Shown here piece after piece: positions 1 through 12,935 of a stretch of 64,000 nucleotides of DNA. The DNA lies in contig OX597818.1 of NCBI GenBank assembly GCA_951406725.2, forward strand, positions 49,662,001 to 49,726,000. Direction: 5' to 3'. The notes under the pieces were generated by a model. The model was not told the DNA's origin. It saw only the letters and a list, made by a program, of their open reading frames with translations, and did no database searches. The position numbers and the translations under genes are program-made. Source of the stretch: Octopus vulgaris. Its lineage: Eukaryota. Each line of letters starts with the position of its first letter. Positions within the stretch are counted from its first letter, which is position 1.

Positions 1-275
1 GTTGCATAGTCTATGGAACCAAGATAGAGGAAGATCATCCATACATATCACATGTCCTTATCAACACTGCCTTCTTTCTTCTACACATCTGATTCCTCTT
101 ATTCTCAGTTTTTCACTCAGTACCCATGTACTAATTCTTATATACACATTCACATTGCACATCCTATGGAGCATGCTCGCTTCATTTCTTTCCAGTCTTA
201 AGTCCTTTGCGATTGCTACCATGCAGCATTGCAGTTCTAACTCAAGCCTCATACAATCTGCCCTTTACTTTTAGG
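1..275 (-). mobile_element. RTE-like LINE fragment (post-RT region), decayed
   Basis: Minus-strand peptide RLERNEASMLHRMCNV...LSEKLRIRGIRC is homologous to 43508-43705 (RLERNEASMLYWMCNV...LRERLGTKSIRC). Confidence 0.75.
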
Positions 276-574
276 GAAAAAATTAAGAGTGTGAGGGAAG
301 ATGTTTAGAGACAGGAAAGATATGACTGTAACAAGTGATGGTGAGAGAAAAAGGAGTGGTTGGGAGGGGGTATGGTAGACATGTTAGAGCATGGAGAGTA
401 TGCAAATAGGCACAGGAGGGAGAGTAGAAGGGCCTGAAGTGGTTGATGATCATGGGTGGTGGGATGGAAGTCTATTGGAAAGATGAATTACAGGAGCATT
501 TTGACCAAGGACAGACTCTGTGTGCATGGCAGGGGGAAGCATGATCGTAAAGGATATACTTGTATGTAGGGATG

Positions 575-1610
575 GCCACAATTTTATTTAGCTTGATGTG
601 TCTTCACAAGCACTGTAAATTGGCAGAGGTCTCGGTTCCTTGTCATCACCTCTGTGCAGCTCATCATCTGAAGGTCATTTCTCACCACTTTGTCTCAACT
701 CATCCTGGGTTTACTCCTTTCAAAGGTTCTCCCCATAATTTGAGATCAGCACTTCTTTATGCAGCTGTCCCCATCCGTATATATCACATGATCATACCAG
801 CACAATCTTTTCTCTTGCACACTACATCTAATGCCACTTATACCCAATTTTTCTCTTAACTCATTTACACTCTGTAATGTCAGTGTGCACATACATTCAC
901 ACTGACATTGCCCATCCAGTGGAGCATGCTGGCCTCATTTCTTTCAAGCCTTCATATGTCACTGCCATGTTAGCACAGCTGTTCATATACAGGTACCATA
1001 CAATCTGCCCTTCACTCTGAAGGAGAGGCCTTTGTTACCAACAAAGGTAATAACTCTCTGAACTTTGCCTAGCCTGTCCTTATTCTAATAGCTACACTTA
1101 GAGCATTTTCCTTCACTGCTAACTTAGCTAATTAGGTAATAAAAACTATCTACTATTTCTAAGGACTTCCCTCTAGGAATTTGAGTAAGTTTATTTTCTG
1201 TATATTCTTAATGTTTATTGTACCTGCACACCTACCACACACACAGACTACTTTCTCTGTTAACCTTCCTGTGATACTGCTATGCTGATTACATGCTTGT
1301 ACTGGGTACTCTACAGAATTTCTACCTACACTTTTTCAACGTATTGAGCAGGGCCATCTTCCTGAAGGGATTTGTAATTTGTCTGTTATCTTACTTATGA
1401 GGGCTTTTGGATATGGTTAAATTAACTTTAAGGCCCTTTAGTTCCAGACCTTGCTTCCAAACCTGAAATTTTCTCTTCTTGTTCTTGTAGGGATTCAGCT
1501 ATAAAAACAAGGTCATAGGCATAGAGGAACTCTCAAGGGCAGCCCGTCTTAAATTCCACTAGAGGGCCATGATAAACAAAAGGGTTCTTTAGTGAACTCC
1601 TACTTGTACA
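575..1610 (-). mobile_element. RTE-like LINE reverse transcriptase fragment, decayed
   Basis: Collinear with 43360-44400; degenerate catalytic motif EFLYAYDLV near 1506-1532 on the minus strand; many stops and frameshifts. Confidence 0.75.
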
Positions 1611-1627
1611 CTATACATGTGTGTGTG

Positions 1628-2050
1628 TAGGAGTGGCTGTGTAGTAAGTAGCTTGCTTACCAACCACATGGTTCCGGGTTCAGTCCCACTGCATGGCACC
1701 TAGGGCAAGTGTCTTCTACTGTAGCCTCAGGCTGGCCAAAGCCTTGTGAGTGGATTTGGTTAATAGAAATGAGTTGCGACGTCACAGGTGCCAAGCTGTA
1801 TCGGCCTTTGCTTTTCTCTTGGATAACACTGGTGGCATGGAGAGGGGAGGCTTGTATGCATGGGCAACGGCTGGTCTTCCATAAACAACCTTGCCCGGAC
1901 TTGTGCCCTGGAGTGTAACTTTGCAGGTGCAATCCCATGGTCATTCATGACTGAAGGGGGTCTCAATATATATATATGCATGTATATATATTTTAAATAA
2001 GTCCTGGGGGCAATTTCCTTGACTAAAGGCAGTGCTCCAGCATGGCCGCT
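1628..2050 (+). mobile_element. SINE family A head (1628-1760) + unrelated repeat segment (1761-1964) + family A tail remnant (1996-2050)
   Basis: Head taggagtggctgtgtagtaag...ggttcagtccc matches other A copies; tail aataagtcctgggg...ctccagcatggcc. Confidence 0.7.
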
Positions 2051-2565
2051 GTCATCCACCATTCTTCACATCCAACCCCCAACCTTACCCAATTTCAACA
2101 GTTGTCACATTTCTATACCTTCCCTACTTGTCACCCCTCGACACCCGTTCCTCATTATATTTATCCCCCTAACCCATATCCCTACTCTTACCATCTCTCA
2201 CTCTCTCATACTCTCTTGCGACCTCTACCCACTCATACTGTCCCCACTTTCCGGCTATTCACCTGGTACCTGGAGGATCCACCCCAACATCCCATCACCT
2301 TAGATTGCAAGAGTGTATGGGAAAGTGAGAGATGATTAGAGATAGGGAATAGCTGAGAGACTGAATACTCAGGAGAATAAGTGTTGAGGGATGATAAGGG
2401 TGATGGTGGGTGGGGATAAAGGAGAGGAGTGACTAATAGAGCAGAAATGGGAAGGGGGGGTAAAGAGTAGCAGAATAGTCCTAATGATACATACTATATA
2501 AATATACAAAAATATAGATATATAATAAAATATGTATAATATAATATATGATATACATATAGATA

Positions 2566-3100
<535 letters not shown>

Positions 3101-3119
3101 TATCCTTTCTCATTTTCTC

Positions 3120-3280
3120 CTTTTACTTGTTTCAGCCATTTGACTGTGGCCATGCTGGAAGGGTTTTAGTCAAACAAAACCCTTGAAGGATTTTAGTCAA
3201 ACAAATCAACCCCAGAACTTATTTTGGTATCTTTTGCTGAACCGCTAAGTTATAGTGACGTAAATACACTAACACCTGTT
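3120..3280 (-). mobile_element. SINE family A 3' fragment
   Basis: cttttacttgtttcagccatttgactgtggccatgctgg is the reverse complement of the family A tail. Confidence 0.8.
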
Positions 3281-3330
3281 GTATGTATACATGTATGTAT
3301 AAATGTGTGAGTGTGTGCATATGTGTATGC

Positions 3331-3363
<33 letters not shown>

Positions 3364-4041
3364 TTAACAACAACAATAATAATAATAGCTGTGCTTCCTC
3401 CTGTACACACACTCACACACAACTGTGTATACATACATACAAATATTTTGCTAAAATATGTATTTGCATAGATTATCAGTTTCAAAATTTTTAATTCAAA
3501 CCTGACTTTCTACTTTTTTCTTTTGAAGGGTTTGTCCTGACAAAATGTTTTAAATAACCTATATATACATGTATATATATATATGCATTTGTGTGTATGT
3601 GTATATTTGTTTGTAAATGTGTGTATATATGTGTGTGTGTGTGTGTGTGTATTTTCTTTGACCTATATTAGTGGAGAATATACACAAAGTGTAATGTCTT
3701 TGTAAGTATGAATCTGAAGTGGTTGAGAACTTAAGTCAACAAATGAACGTTACTTAATGGAAGTAGTTGAAAGAGTCACTGAAATAATAACTTACAACAG
3801 TTAACTGTCTTAGAAGTAGGGAAGACTTACAGAGACCTATCAGGAACCGTTAAAAACCATTTCCTATCTGTTAGTGCTATTTTAACAGAATGTATTCCTA
3901 TGCAATTTATTATTCACCTTGTGTAGATACTTGCATGTCACGCATTCTTTTTAATATGAATTGAATCATAATAAGATTTATGGTTTTATCCTTCATAGTT
4001 TTTTGTAAAGCATATTATTAGTTAATGTATTTTATTATATT

Positions 4042-4434
4042 CTAGCAGTATCGCCCGGTGTTGCTTGGGTTTGTTTCGACCCTTTAGAATTGGAATTTTT
4101 GAAATGCGAATATTTTGCATTATGTAGCTTGTTATTCTCTTTAAGTGAACATTTTTCTGGTTGAAATACACTGAAAAATGGTGACACAGCAGTCAAAAAA
4201 TCGTAAAAAATAGAGATTTTTATAGAAAAAAAGCTCCTTTTTATGTAAATAATTTTTGGTCTTAACATGGTCCGATTTGAATTTTTTCTTCTACAGAAAG
4301 AAGAGCAAGCCTTCTTCTATCATACTCTCAATTTTGGTCAACTTGCACTGCAGGGTCTCGGAGGAGATAGTGTTAGTTGAAGGCTACCAAACCTGCCACA
4401 CACACACAGACAACTTCAGCTTTATATATATAGA
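4042..4434 (-). mobile_element. Non-autonomous Helitron (family H1)
   Basis: Minus strand starts TCTATATATATAAAG and ends with hairpin cccaagcaacaccggg followed by ...ctgCTAG; no TSD; second copy at 36608. Confidence 0.85.
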
Positions 4435-4439
4435 TTATA

Positions 4440-4660
4440 TAAGGCAGCAAGCTAGCAGAACTGCTATTGTGCCAGACAAAAATGCCCAGTGACATTTCTT
4501 CAAGATATATCTTCTGAGTTAAAATCTTGCCTAGGTTGACTTTGCCTTTCATCATTTTGAGGTCAAGAGGATAAGTACAAGTTGAGTACTGGGATCATTG
4601 TAATTGACTGACCCTTATCCCCACTAAAAATTGATGACCTTGTATCATAATTTGGAATTA
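4440..4660 (+). mobile_element. SINE family C, degenerate
   Basis: ggcagcaagctagcagaa...ttctgagttaaaat...gactttgcctttcatc matches the 52028 and 37815 copies. Confidence 0.65.
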
Positions 4661-5306
4661 TCATATCTATGTCATGAATCAAAGCTTTTTGGAAAGCGTT
4701 GAGAGAAATGATGCTGAATTTAACTTGCTTCTACCTGAATTAGCTTTGTTGTTGAATTCAGGGCTCATAATTCCTCCACCTATTAGTGATATATTCTTCA
4801 CCTTTAAATATAGTCTTCACACTTCCATCATGGTCTCGTTTGCATTGGATTATGTGTACCTACTAGCTAAGTCACTCGGCTATGGTCTCCATCCATCTCT
4901 CATCTCTTGACTGCAAGGCTTCCTGTCAGACTCTACCGTTATAATTATGTGCTACTGTGTCCTACACATTATCAATTCTACTGTACCCAAAGATTCAAGT
5001 TGTGTTTCTGTCATTCTGTCTTCTCAATATTAACGTTTCACTCCTTAACCTTTCACACTCAAGTGTCTTTGACATGCAACATATGCACTTCACACCAGAT
5101 ATACACTTACGTGGACAATGATCTTGAGTACACTCTCCAGTGGGGGTGGACATGATAACCTAGTATAATTTAAGAGCACAAACACATAGTCACAACCTAC
5201 ATCAAGGAAACAGATTTGTTCTTCACCTTCTCTGCTAATGAACAACATGCAACAAAATCTTTCAATGTTGCCCCAAATACTAGGCCTTACAATCTGATTG
5301 CCTTTT

Positions 5307-5935
5307 ATAATAATGAAATTACTTTATACAGTGCCCAGGTGCACCACAACTTGTCAAAAGTGCATATAAAGCATATGCAGTAATGTACAAATGTCTGGAA
5401 AGTAAACAGTGTATGAGTCAGATACATGCTTGCGTGTGTATGGAGGGGAGAAAATCAGGTGTAGTGTTGGTGAATCTCAGGAAGCATGGAAGTTTTGAAG
5501 GATGCAGTGCTCCGACAACTAACAACTGATGCCGGCAGTTTGTTCCATACTTCAGCAACTCTTAGTGTGAAAAAATGTTTTCTGAAAGTCGTGGGAGCTG
5601 TGCTGTTTTCTGACTTTGTAAACATGTCCACAGGTGTTAGACGGGTGGAGTTTGAAAAGGTGCTCAGAGTTATTGTTTGTAAGATGGTTAATAATTTTAT
5701 GGGTGTCTGCCAAGTCAGCTGCCAGACATCGGAGTTTCAATGTGTCCATGCCCAGGGAGGTAAGGCGTTCAGAATATGGCAAATGCCTGATGGAGGGTAT
5801 TCTCTTGGTTGCACGTCGCTGAACGACTTCCAGACGATTAATATCCTGGGCAAAATAGGGGTTCCAGACCGGTGATGCAAATTCCAGGTGAGGCTGCACC
5901 ATTGCTATATAAAGCCACAGATAGATAGCCGGAGT
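5307..5935 (-). mobile_element. CR1-like LINE 3' end (RT C-terminus + 3' UTR)
   Basis: PHLEFASPVWNPY..DINRLEVVQRRATKRIP..LPYSERL and WNKLPASVV are typical CR1-group C-terminal motifs. Confidence 0.85.
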
Positions 5936-6892
5936 ACTCTCACTCTGTCTTCCCTTCAAGATCTTACACTAAACACTTCACACAATCCTTGTTTTCTAGA
6001 ATAGTTGCTCTCTAAAATTCCTTTTCTGTTCTTTGTTTTTCATGCAAACATTGGTCTTACAAATATTCATGCTGAGCATTAACCACATCAATCTCCTTGT
6101 CTAAGACAATCTAGGAAAGTTATAAGCATTGTCTCATTTCACTGGAATAACTTGTTAAAAAAAGGAGTCTTAAGAACTGCTCCTCCCTCCTTGACTAAAT
6201 AGTAGCAAAGAAATGAATTACAAAGCTAAACTGTTACTTCCAACATCTGAAATGTAATGGCGGTACTTGTAAAAAACACCAACCTACTTTATTACCTTAA
6301 GTCTCTTCTCTTTCTTTGTGATCATCAGTATGGTTCCTTTAGAGCTATATTTACCACATACCTGCTTCTTTGCATCATATACCATTAGTCCCTTGTCTTT
6401 GAGAACTTGAGGGCAACACTACTCCATTCAAAGTAAAGTGTTGCACTCCTCAACAAAGCCTTTACTCTTGTCTAACACAAAAGCATCCTAGCTAATTTTT
6501 CAACTTAAACATACCATGTCTCTCAGTTTTTAAAAATTGGTTTTCCAGTCAGACTACCTCATAGCAGTATATGTTAAAGTAACTCTCTCTGTCCTTCATT
6601 CTATCAATTTTGATATCTATCAGGGGCTTCAGTTATGTCCCCAATACTCTTAAACATATTTTCACTGTCACCTCTAACACATGCTTTTATTTAGATCACA
6701 TCACTTTTCATTTCTCCTCAACTTTCTACACATTAGTTTTGCCCACATGCAACAAGGACACTTCACTCTACCACAAACAGAGGGATCAAAACCATCTTTG
6801 AACGAAGACAAGGCAAATATGTCATACATACAAACATACATTATGTCCATCCATCCATCCATCCATCCATACGCACATACATATATACATAC

Positions 6893-7356
6893 ATGATGAT
6901 GGCCGTCCACTCGTGACTGAGGAAGACCATTGCCGACCTTCAGGAACATTGTGCGCTCTAGGACTAACTTATATTTTGCATTTGTGGCTCCGTTGGTGGC
7001 TAATGAGCCCTGCTCTTGACAAGCATACACGACTGAAAACATTGCAGACCAAGCTTTCCCCATTCACTATACGAGCCATGCGCTTTCGCGCAGCTCACTT
7101 AAGTTCTTCATGATGGATACATGCTCTCTCAAAAGTGTCGATCCCCTCCTTAACCTTAGAATGAAGGATAGAAGGATTCCTAAGTAGATGCTCTATGGAG
7201 AACTTGTGAATGGAAGGAGACTCCGGCAGAAACCAAGGCTGCAATTTAAGGACTGTGTCAAGTCCTCATTAAAGGCCTGTGATATGCAGGACACTGACTG
7301 GGAGAACAATGCCTGTCATCGCCACACATGGAGGAAGCAGGTTAAGGAGGGGATTG

Positions 7357-7359
<3 letters not shown>
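6893..7359. mobile_element. RTE (BovB-like) LINE 3' end with 5' inversion
   Basis: 7158-7359 (+) encodes RMKDRRIPK*MLYGEL..KPRLQFKDCVK..KEGID; 7156-6893 (-) continues KEGIDTFERA..C..C.SRAGLISHQRSH to a (cat)n tail. Confidence 0.8.
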
Positions 7360-7384
<25 letters not shown>

Positions 7385-7387
<3 letters not shown>

Positions 7388-7570
7388 GTGGTTTCCAATT
7401 CAGATACAACACCAGCAATTTTAAGAGTAAGGGTTGGTTGATACCATTAACTTGGGGGATGAAAGGCAAAGTTAATCTCCACAGGATTTTGAATTCAGAA
7501 TATAAAAGAACTTGAAGAAATGCCACTGGTTATTTTCTCCAAAGTTCTTCTGATTCTGCCAGCTCACTGT
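7385..7570 (-). mobile_element. SINE family C, degenerate
   Basis: gatgaaaggcaaagtt...ggattttgaattcagaa...ttctgccagctcactg. Confidence 0.6.
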
Positions 7571-7574
7571 CTTT

Positions 7575-7609
<35 letters not shown>

Positions 7610-7628
7610 TGCATGCTCACACACACAC

Positions 7629-7668
<40 letters not shown>

Positions 7669-8380
7669 CAATTGTTAGTGACAGAAGCAAGATTAATACC
7701 ACCTTGACCTTTGACATGAATGTCTTGTTAGAACATCAAATACTGCATCATTAGCCTTGAGAGATCCTCTCGTATAGGTGCTTGATGCACAAACACACAC
7801 AAATAGATCATACCAGGCAATAATCATTTGTCGTGGGCACCAGGATTCCCATATCACATGATTTCATTCTACTGGAACTCATCAGTGGGGGGCATCCAGC
7901 TACCACATGCCAGTCAGATTTTGCTGCTATGATACAAAGAATATCAGCATCTTTCCAGACGCTGATGTCACAAATAGCCGGCAGGCTTATTAGAAATTAA
8001 TTATCAGCAATGAAACCACTATTAATACCAAAAGGTCACGTTCATATCCAGCTTAACATGAATGTCTTGCTAGAACACCAGATGACCGGGATCCAATTGG
8101 AGGGAAGCAAGAAAGGCCGGCTGTAAAATTTATGAGTATGGTCCCTCCATTTGCATCTAAGTAATAAAACAAGAGTTGAGAGTAGAAAGAGAACTGTATC
8201 AGAACAACTGTTAAGAACATTTTTTAATTACATTATTTACATTCAACGGATATTTGTCCTCTTCCTGTTTGTTGTTAACACAATGTTTCGGCTGATATAC
8301 TCTCCAGCCTTCTTCGGGTGTCTTGGGGAAATTTTGAACCTGGGTTCTCATTCCTAAGGTATTTTTCGATGTTGTTGTTG

Positions 8381-8429
<49 letters not shown>

Positions 8430-8520
8430 TATTGTTATTGTTCAGGTCACTGCTTGGAGTCGAACTCGGAATCTTGGGGTTAGTAGCCTGCACTCTTAAC
8501 CACTACGCCATATCCCCACA

Positions 8521-8591
8521 GCATATGGCGTAGTGGTTAAGAGCGCTGGCTACTAACCCCAAGATTCTGAGTTCGATCCCAGGTAGCGACC
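8521..8591 (+). ncRNA. tRNA-like SINE head (anticodon loop CT-ACT-AA), mirrored at 8445-8514
   Basis: A box TGGCGTAGTGG, B box GAGTTCGATCC; no good acceptor stem, so a SINE head rather than a functional tRNA. Confidence 0.7.
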
Positions 8592-8609
8592 TGAATAATA
8601 ATAATGATG

Positions 8610-8655
<46 letters not shown>

Positions 8656-8730
8656 TATTATAATGATAATAACAGCAACAACATCGAAAAATACCTGAGG
8701 AATGAGAACCCAAGTTGAAAATTTCCCCAA

Positions 8731-8776
8731 GACACCCGAAGAAGGCTGGAGGATATATCAGCAGAAACATTGTGTT
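8731..8776 (+). ncRNA. Degenerate minimal type-I hammerhead motif (mirror copy 8277-8322)
   Basis: gacac-CCGAAGA-a-ggctg...cagc(c/a)-GAAAC-ATT-gtgtt; stems I and II present, core U4 replaced by C. Confidence 0.55.
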
Positions 8777-9845
8777 AACAACAAACAAGATGAGGACAAA
8801 TATCCATCAAATGTAAATAATGTAAATAATGTACATAATTCCTCATCTCTTAAATTTAGAACTGAACTGTTAAGAAGTCATTCCAAATGACACCACTGAC
8901 ACCCTATAACCTCCTCATCCTCTCCTTCCTTCCTTCCTTCCTCTCCTTCCTTCCTTCATTCATTCCTCACTAAATGCCCAACTATTAACATTTTAAATCC
9001 CAATATCTATTCTTCTTTACTAAATGCCCAACTATCAACATTTTATATCCAAGTATGATTACACCGAATGAGAATTTTCCTATTCTATAAACAGTGGAAG
9101 TAGCTTGCAGTCTCAGTTCCTTTATAATGCATATCTTTACCTGTTCTATGCAAACTATACAGACTTTCCCATAACATGAGCATCAATACAACATGAATAT
9201 CTATCTACAATGCATTACATTTCTGTCAATACAGACTCACCACAAACTCCTGCACAACTACGCAATAGTCTTCAGATCCAACATTTCCAAGGTAATAACA
9301 AGAATTATCAATGAATTTGTCCCAAACCATCTTGAATCTCAGCATGCAATAATAGAAGTCTTCAAAGCAGTATCTCCTATTCAACTTTCAACCCTGCTAT
9401 TTCATGATATTTCCAAGGCTAAAAACACCCACACCACTTTACTTTACCAATAATCAATACAACCCCTCTAAGGTTTATGACAATCGGTTCACCTATAAAG
9501 GAGAAAATGTTTTATATTTCATGAAAAAAAAAGCATATCGTCTCTGTCTTTCATGACCAGCTTCCATATGGATATCAACAGCAATAGTTTAAAACAGAAA
9601 TTCTATCTTACTTTCTAAATAAGAAACCTTTGTTGTTTATTTTGCTGGAAACTAAATATATTGAGTGAAAAGTCCTGTTCTTGTTGTCGTCTCTGTCCAC
9701 AATGCTACTTGGGTTTCAGTATACCCCAGTTACTCAGCGACCCCTTGACCCTGTATAAATTTCTGTTGCATAATATAATTTGTAGCTACATATACACAGA
9801 TGATGTGTTGGAACAGCTGTAGTCTATTGAAGTGAATGTACACTT

Positions 9846-10031
9846 TTTTTATTTGTTTCAGCCATTTGACTGTGGCCATGCTGGAGCGCCACCTTTAGTC
9901 GAGCAAATCGACCCCAGGACTTATTCTTTGTAAGCCTAGTACTTATTCTATCGGTCTCTTTTGCGAGGATGTAAACACACCAGCATCGGTTGTCAAGCAA
10001 TCTTGGGGGGACAAACACAGACACACAAACG

Positions 10032-10075
<44 letters not shown>

Positions 10076-10260
10076 CACACACAAACACATATATACGACA
10101 GGCTTCTTTCAGTTTCCGTCTACCAAATCCACTCACAAGGCTTTGGTCGGCCCAAGGCTATAGTAGAAGACACTTGCCCGAGGTGTCACGCAATGGGACT
10201 GAACCCAGAACCATGTGGTTCGTAAGCAAGCTACTTACCACACAGCCACTCCTACGCCTA
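9846..10260 (-). mobile_element. SINE family A
   Basis: Reverse complement of the 2566-3100 element. Confidence 0.9.
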
Positions 10261-10487
10261 TTGTAGTAAATATTTCCTGCAAATCAATGGTGGGTTAAAA
10301 TTCAATGTTGAAGCTAAGTGGTAGGATTTGAACTCAGTCATTAATTAACAAAAATTTATTACTGCTCAGTGCATTACCATCTGTGCTACCCTTACAGACC
10401 TGATAATAATATCACAATAAATTGTATTAAGATAATAGTGATAAAAGTGGTTTCAAATATTGGCATGAGGCCAGTTATTTTAGTGAG

Positions 10488-10864
10488 TTTACTTGCTTCA
10501 GTCATTTGACTGTGGCCATGCTGGAGCACCACCTTTAGTCGAGCAAACTGACCCCAGGACTTATTCTTTGTAAGCCTAGTACTTATTCTATTGGTCTCTT
10601 TTGCCAAACCGCTAAGTTACAAGGATGTAAACACATCAGGATGCACGATATTGGAGGGACAAACGCAGACACACAAACATATACACATACACGTACATAT
10701 ATATACATATACATATATACGACGGGCTTCTTTCAGTTTCTGTCAACCAAATCTACTCACAAGGCTTTGGTCGGCCCGAGGCTATAGTAGAAGACACTTG
10801 CCCAAAGTGCCACACAGTGGGAATGAACCAGGAACCATGTGGTTGGTAAGCCACTCCTATGCCT
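10488..10864 (-). mobile_element. SINE family A
   Basis: Reverse complement of the family A sequence with small deletions. Confidence 0.85.
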
Positions 10865-11529
10865 AGTTAGTTGCATGATAATATATTGTATGATCTAAGT
10901 TAGCTTGTTTTTTAAATAACTCAGGATTGAAGTTAAACAAGGTTTTGTATTATATATTTGAGAGGTTTAATAAAGTTTAAAGATTAGTTATTATTAATAA
11001 TATTTATGCAGCCTCTTGTAAGAAGCAAATTAATTTTATAAACGTTTCCCCCATACAGCATAGCAAACAAGTTTGCTCATTCTTAAACTATCTCAATGCT
11101 TCTCCATTCTACATTCAAGATTTTTTAAAAATTTAACTCATTGAAGGTATTGAACCTTGAACGATACCCAAATACACGCTAGTTCAAATTCTTTATTCAT
11201 ATCTGAAATAGTCTGGTTCCTTTAATAATGGACACTCTAAACAACATTTAGGAAAAAAATTATTCCCGTTGACAAATCTTTTCTTACATACCACTGTTTC
11301 AGTTTTATAATCTTCAAGCATCTCTCCGCTACTACTAGAATGAACTTCAACAGTACTAATTCTATCCTACTGCACTTTAAATTTATTGCTTCTTGTCATC
11401 AATATCATGTTTCTTATCAGTCTCTCAGTTTTCCAGTATTTATCTGAAGTAGTTGGCAATCCATCAGAATTTGGGCATAAGTGAGACAATTCCCATTGCA
11501 GCTATTTTGGTGTGTATGGTTACGCCATT

Positions 11530-11744
11530 ATAGTTCAACTCCAGGTCAACTCTGACCAAGCAGACCTATGATCAATGATGTTCCAACCATGACCATCCCA
11601 TACCATCTTTTCTTTTTTTTTCAGACACAGCATGTCTAGCACTACATATCTAGTGAATCTTTCAGTTTTAAAGATAATAAAGCAGAGTTTGAGAGAGATG
11701 TACTGCTATTTCTAATAGGTCGAGTGACCTACTAGAAGCTCCCT
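11530..11744. repeat. Old dispersed repeat (also ~16715-16900, 24430-24715, 48455-48650, 49915-50010)
   Basis: Shared motifs ccaggtcaactctga..agacctatgatc and tttgagagagat..gctatttcta..aggtcgagtgacc. Confidence 0.5.
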
Positions 11745-12152
11745 TACTCTTTTACTTGTTTCAGTCATTTGATTGTGGCCATGCTGGAGCACCACCTTGA
11801 GTCGAGCAAATCGACTCCTGGACTAATTCTTTGTAAGCCTAGTACTTATTCTATCGGTCTCTTTTGCTGAACCGCTAAGTTACGGAGATGTAAACACACC
11901 AGTATCGGTTGTCAAGCGATGTTGGGGGGGGGGACAAACAGACACACAAACATATACACACACATACATATATATATATACATATATACGACCAGCTTCT
12001 TTCAATTTCCCTCTACCAAATCCACTTACAAAGCTTTGGTCGGCCCGAGGCTACAGCAGAAGACACTTGCCCAAGGTGCCATGCAGTGGGACTGAACCCG
12101 GAATCATGTGGTCGGTATGTAAGCTACTTACCACACAGCTACTCCTACGCCT
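11745..12152 (-). mobile_element. SINE family A
   Basis: Full-length reverse-complement copy. Confidence 0.9.
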
Positions 12153-12753
12153 AGTTCCCTTGCTGGTTATTATATTTGGTTGTTTTGTAGTTCACCGAAA
12201 TCCAAAGGGAAATTATTGATTTTATAGTAGATTTCTAATGTATCTTTATATTGATGAACAACTGGACATGGAGGTGAAGGGTTCATGATGGTCAGACTAG
12301 CCCTCTGTCATAAACTTGCATGTCTGCATGGTACTTTTTCAATATTTATATATTTCTCTCTGTCAATGGTCTTTAAATGAATTATATATCAATATGTTGT
12401 GTGGGAAGGAAATGTTTGGAATATTTGGAAATGGTTGGAATATTAATTTATTTATGCTTTGTGAAAATGATTTGTCTAGTGCTAATACCACAATAAGGTG
12501 TACCCAGTGAACTCTGTGAAGCATGGAGCTGAGAAGTCCCTTTAGTCTTGTCAAAGACATGACAACCTCTCTAGTGTTGGTGTCATGAAAACAATGCAGT
12601 ACCCTCTGTAAAGTGGTAGGTATTAGGAGGGATATCCAGCCTTAGAAACCAAGTCAAAAAATTAAACTTGGTTCTCTGACTTACTTAGAAGAACAGCAAC
12701 ATGCTGTTCAACTTGCGCCAGCAAGGAAAACAGATGTAAAACAATGACGACAA

Positions 12754-12756
12754 TGC

Positions 12757-12797
<41 letters not shown>

Positions 12798-12804
12798 ATG
12801 ACAG

Positions 12805-12856
<52 letters not shown>

Positions 12857-12935
12857 GGTGGTGGTGGTGGTGGTGGTGATGGTGATGGCGATGATGATGA
12901 TGATGATGACGATGATGACAGTGATGGAATTGATG
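12754..12935. repeat. Compound trinucleotide microsatellite (CTG)n(ATG)n(GTG)n(ATG)n
   Basis: Seen directly; it produces the poly-H, poly-Q and poly-M ORFs. Confidence 0.95.

Larger units (their letters stand above)
8218..8864. mobile_element. Palindromic element: two head-to-head tRNA-derived heads, each followed by (AAT)n and a PLE-type tail with an HHR-like motif; 12-bp TSD
   Basis: Arms ~8228-8513 and 8523-~8825 are reverse complements; loop 8514-8522; aactgttaagaa at 8206-8217 and 8865-8876. Confidence 0.85.

Noticed and set aside
8521-8591. Functional tRNA-Ser gene
   Set aside because: Poor acceptor stem, unusual ACT anticodon and embedded in a TSD-flanked repeat; treated as a SINE head.
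5990-9600. Very old LINE-like remnants (~6000-6800, 9100-9560; also ~16900-17400, 19100-19600, 45000-45300)
   Set aside because: Only scattered motif hints; boundaries and family cannot be supported by eye.
9961-10266. Recurrent ORFs such as [31 protein letters not shown] and EDTCPRCHAVGLNPEPCGW
   Set aside because: Antisense read-through of SINE family A, not a gene family.
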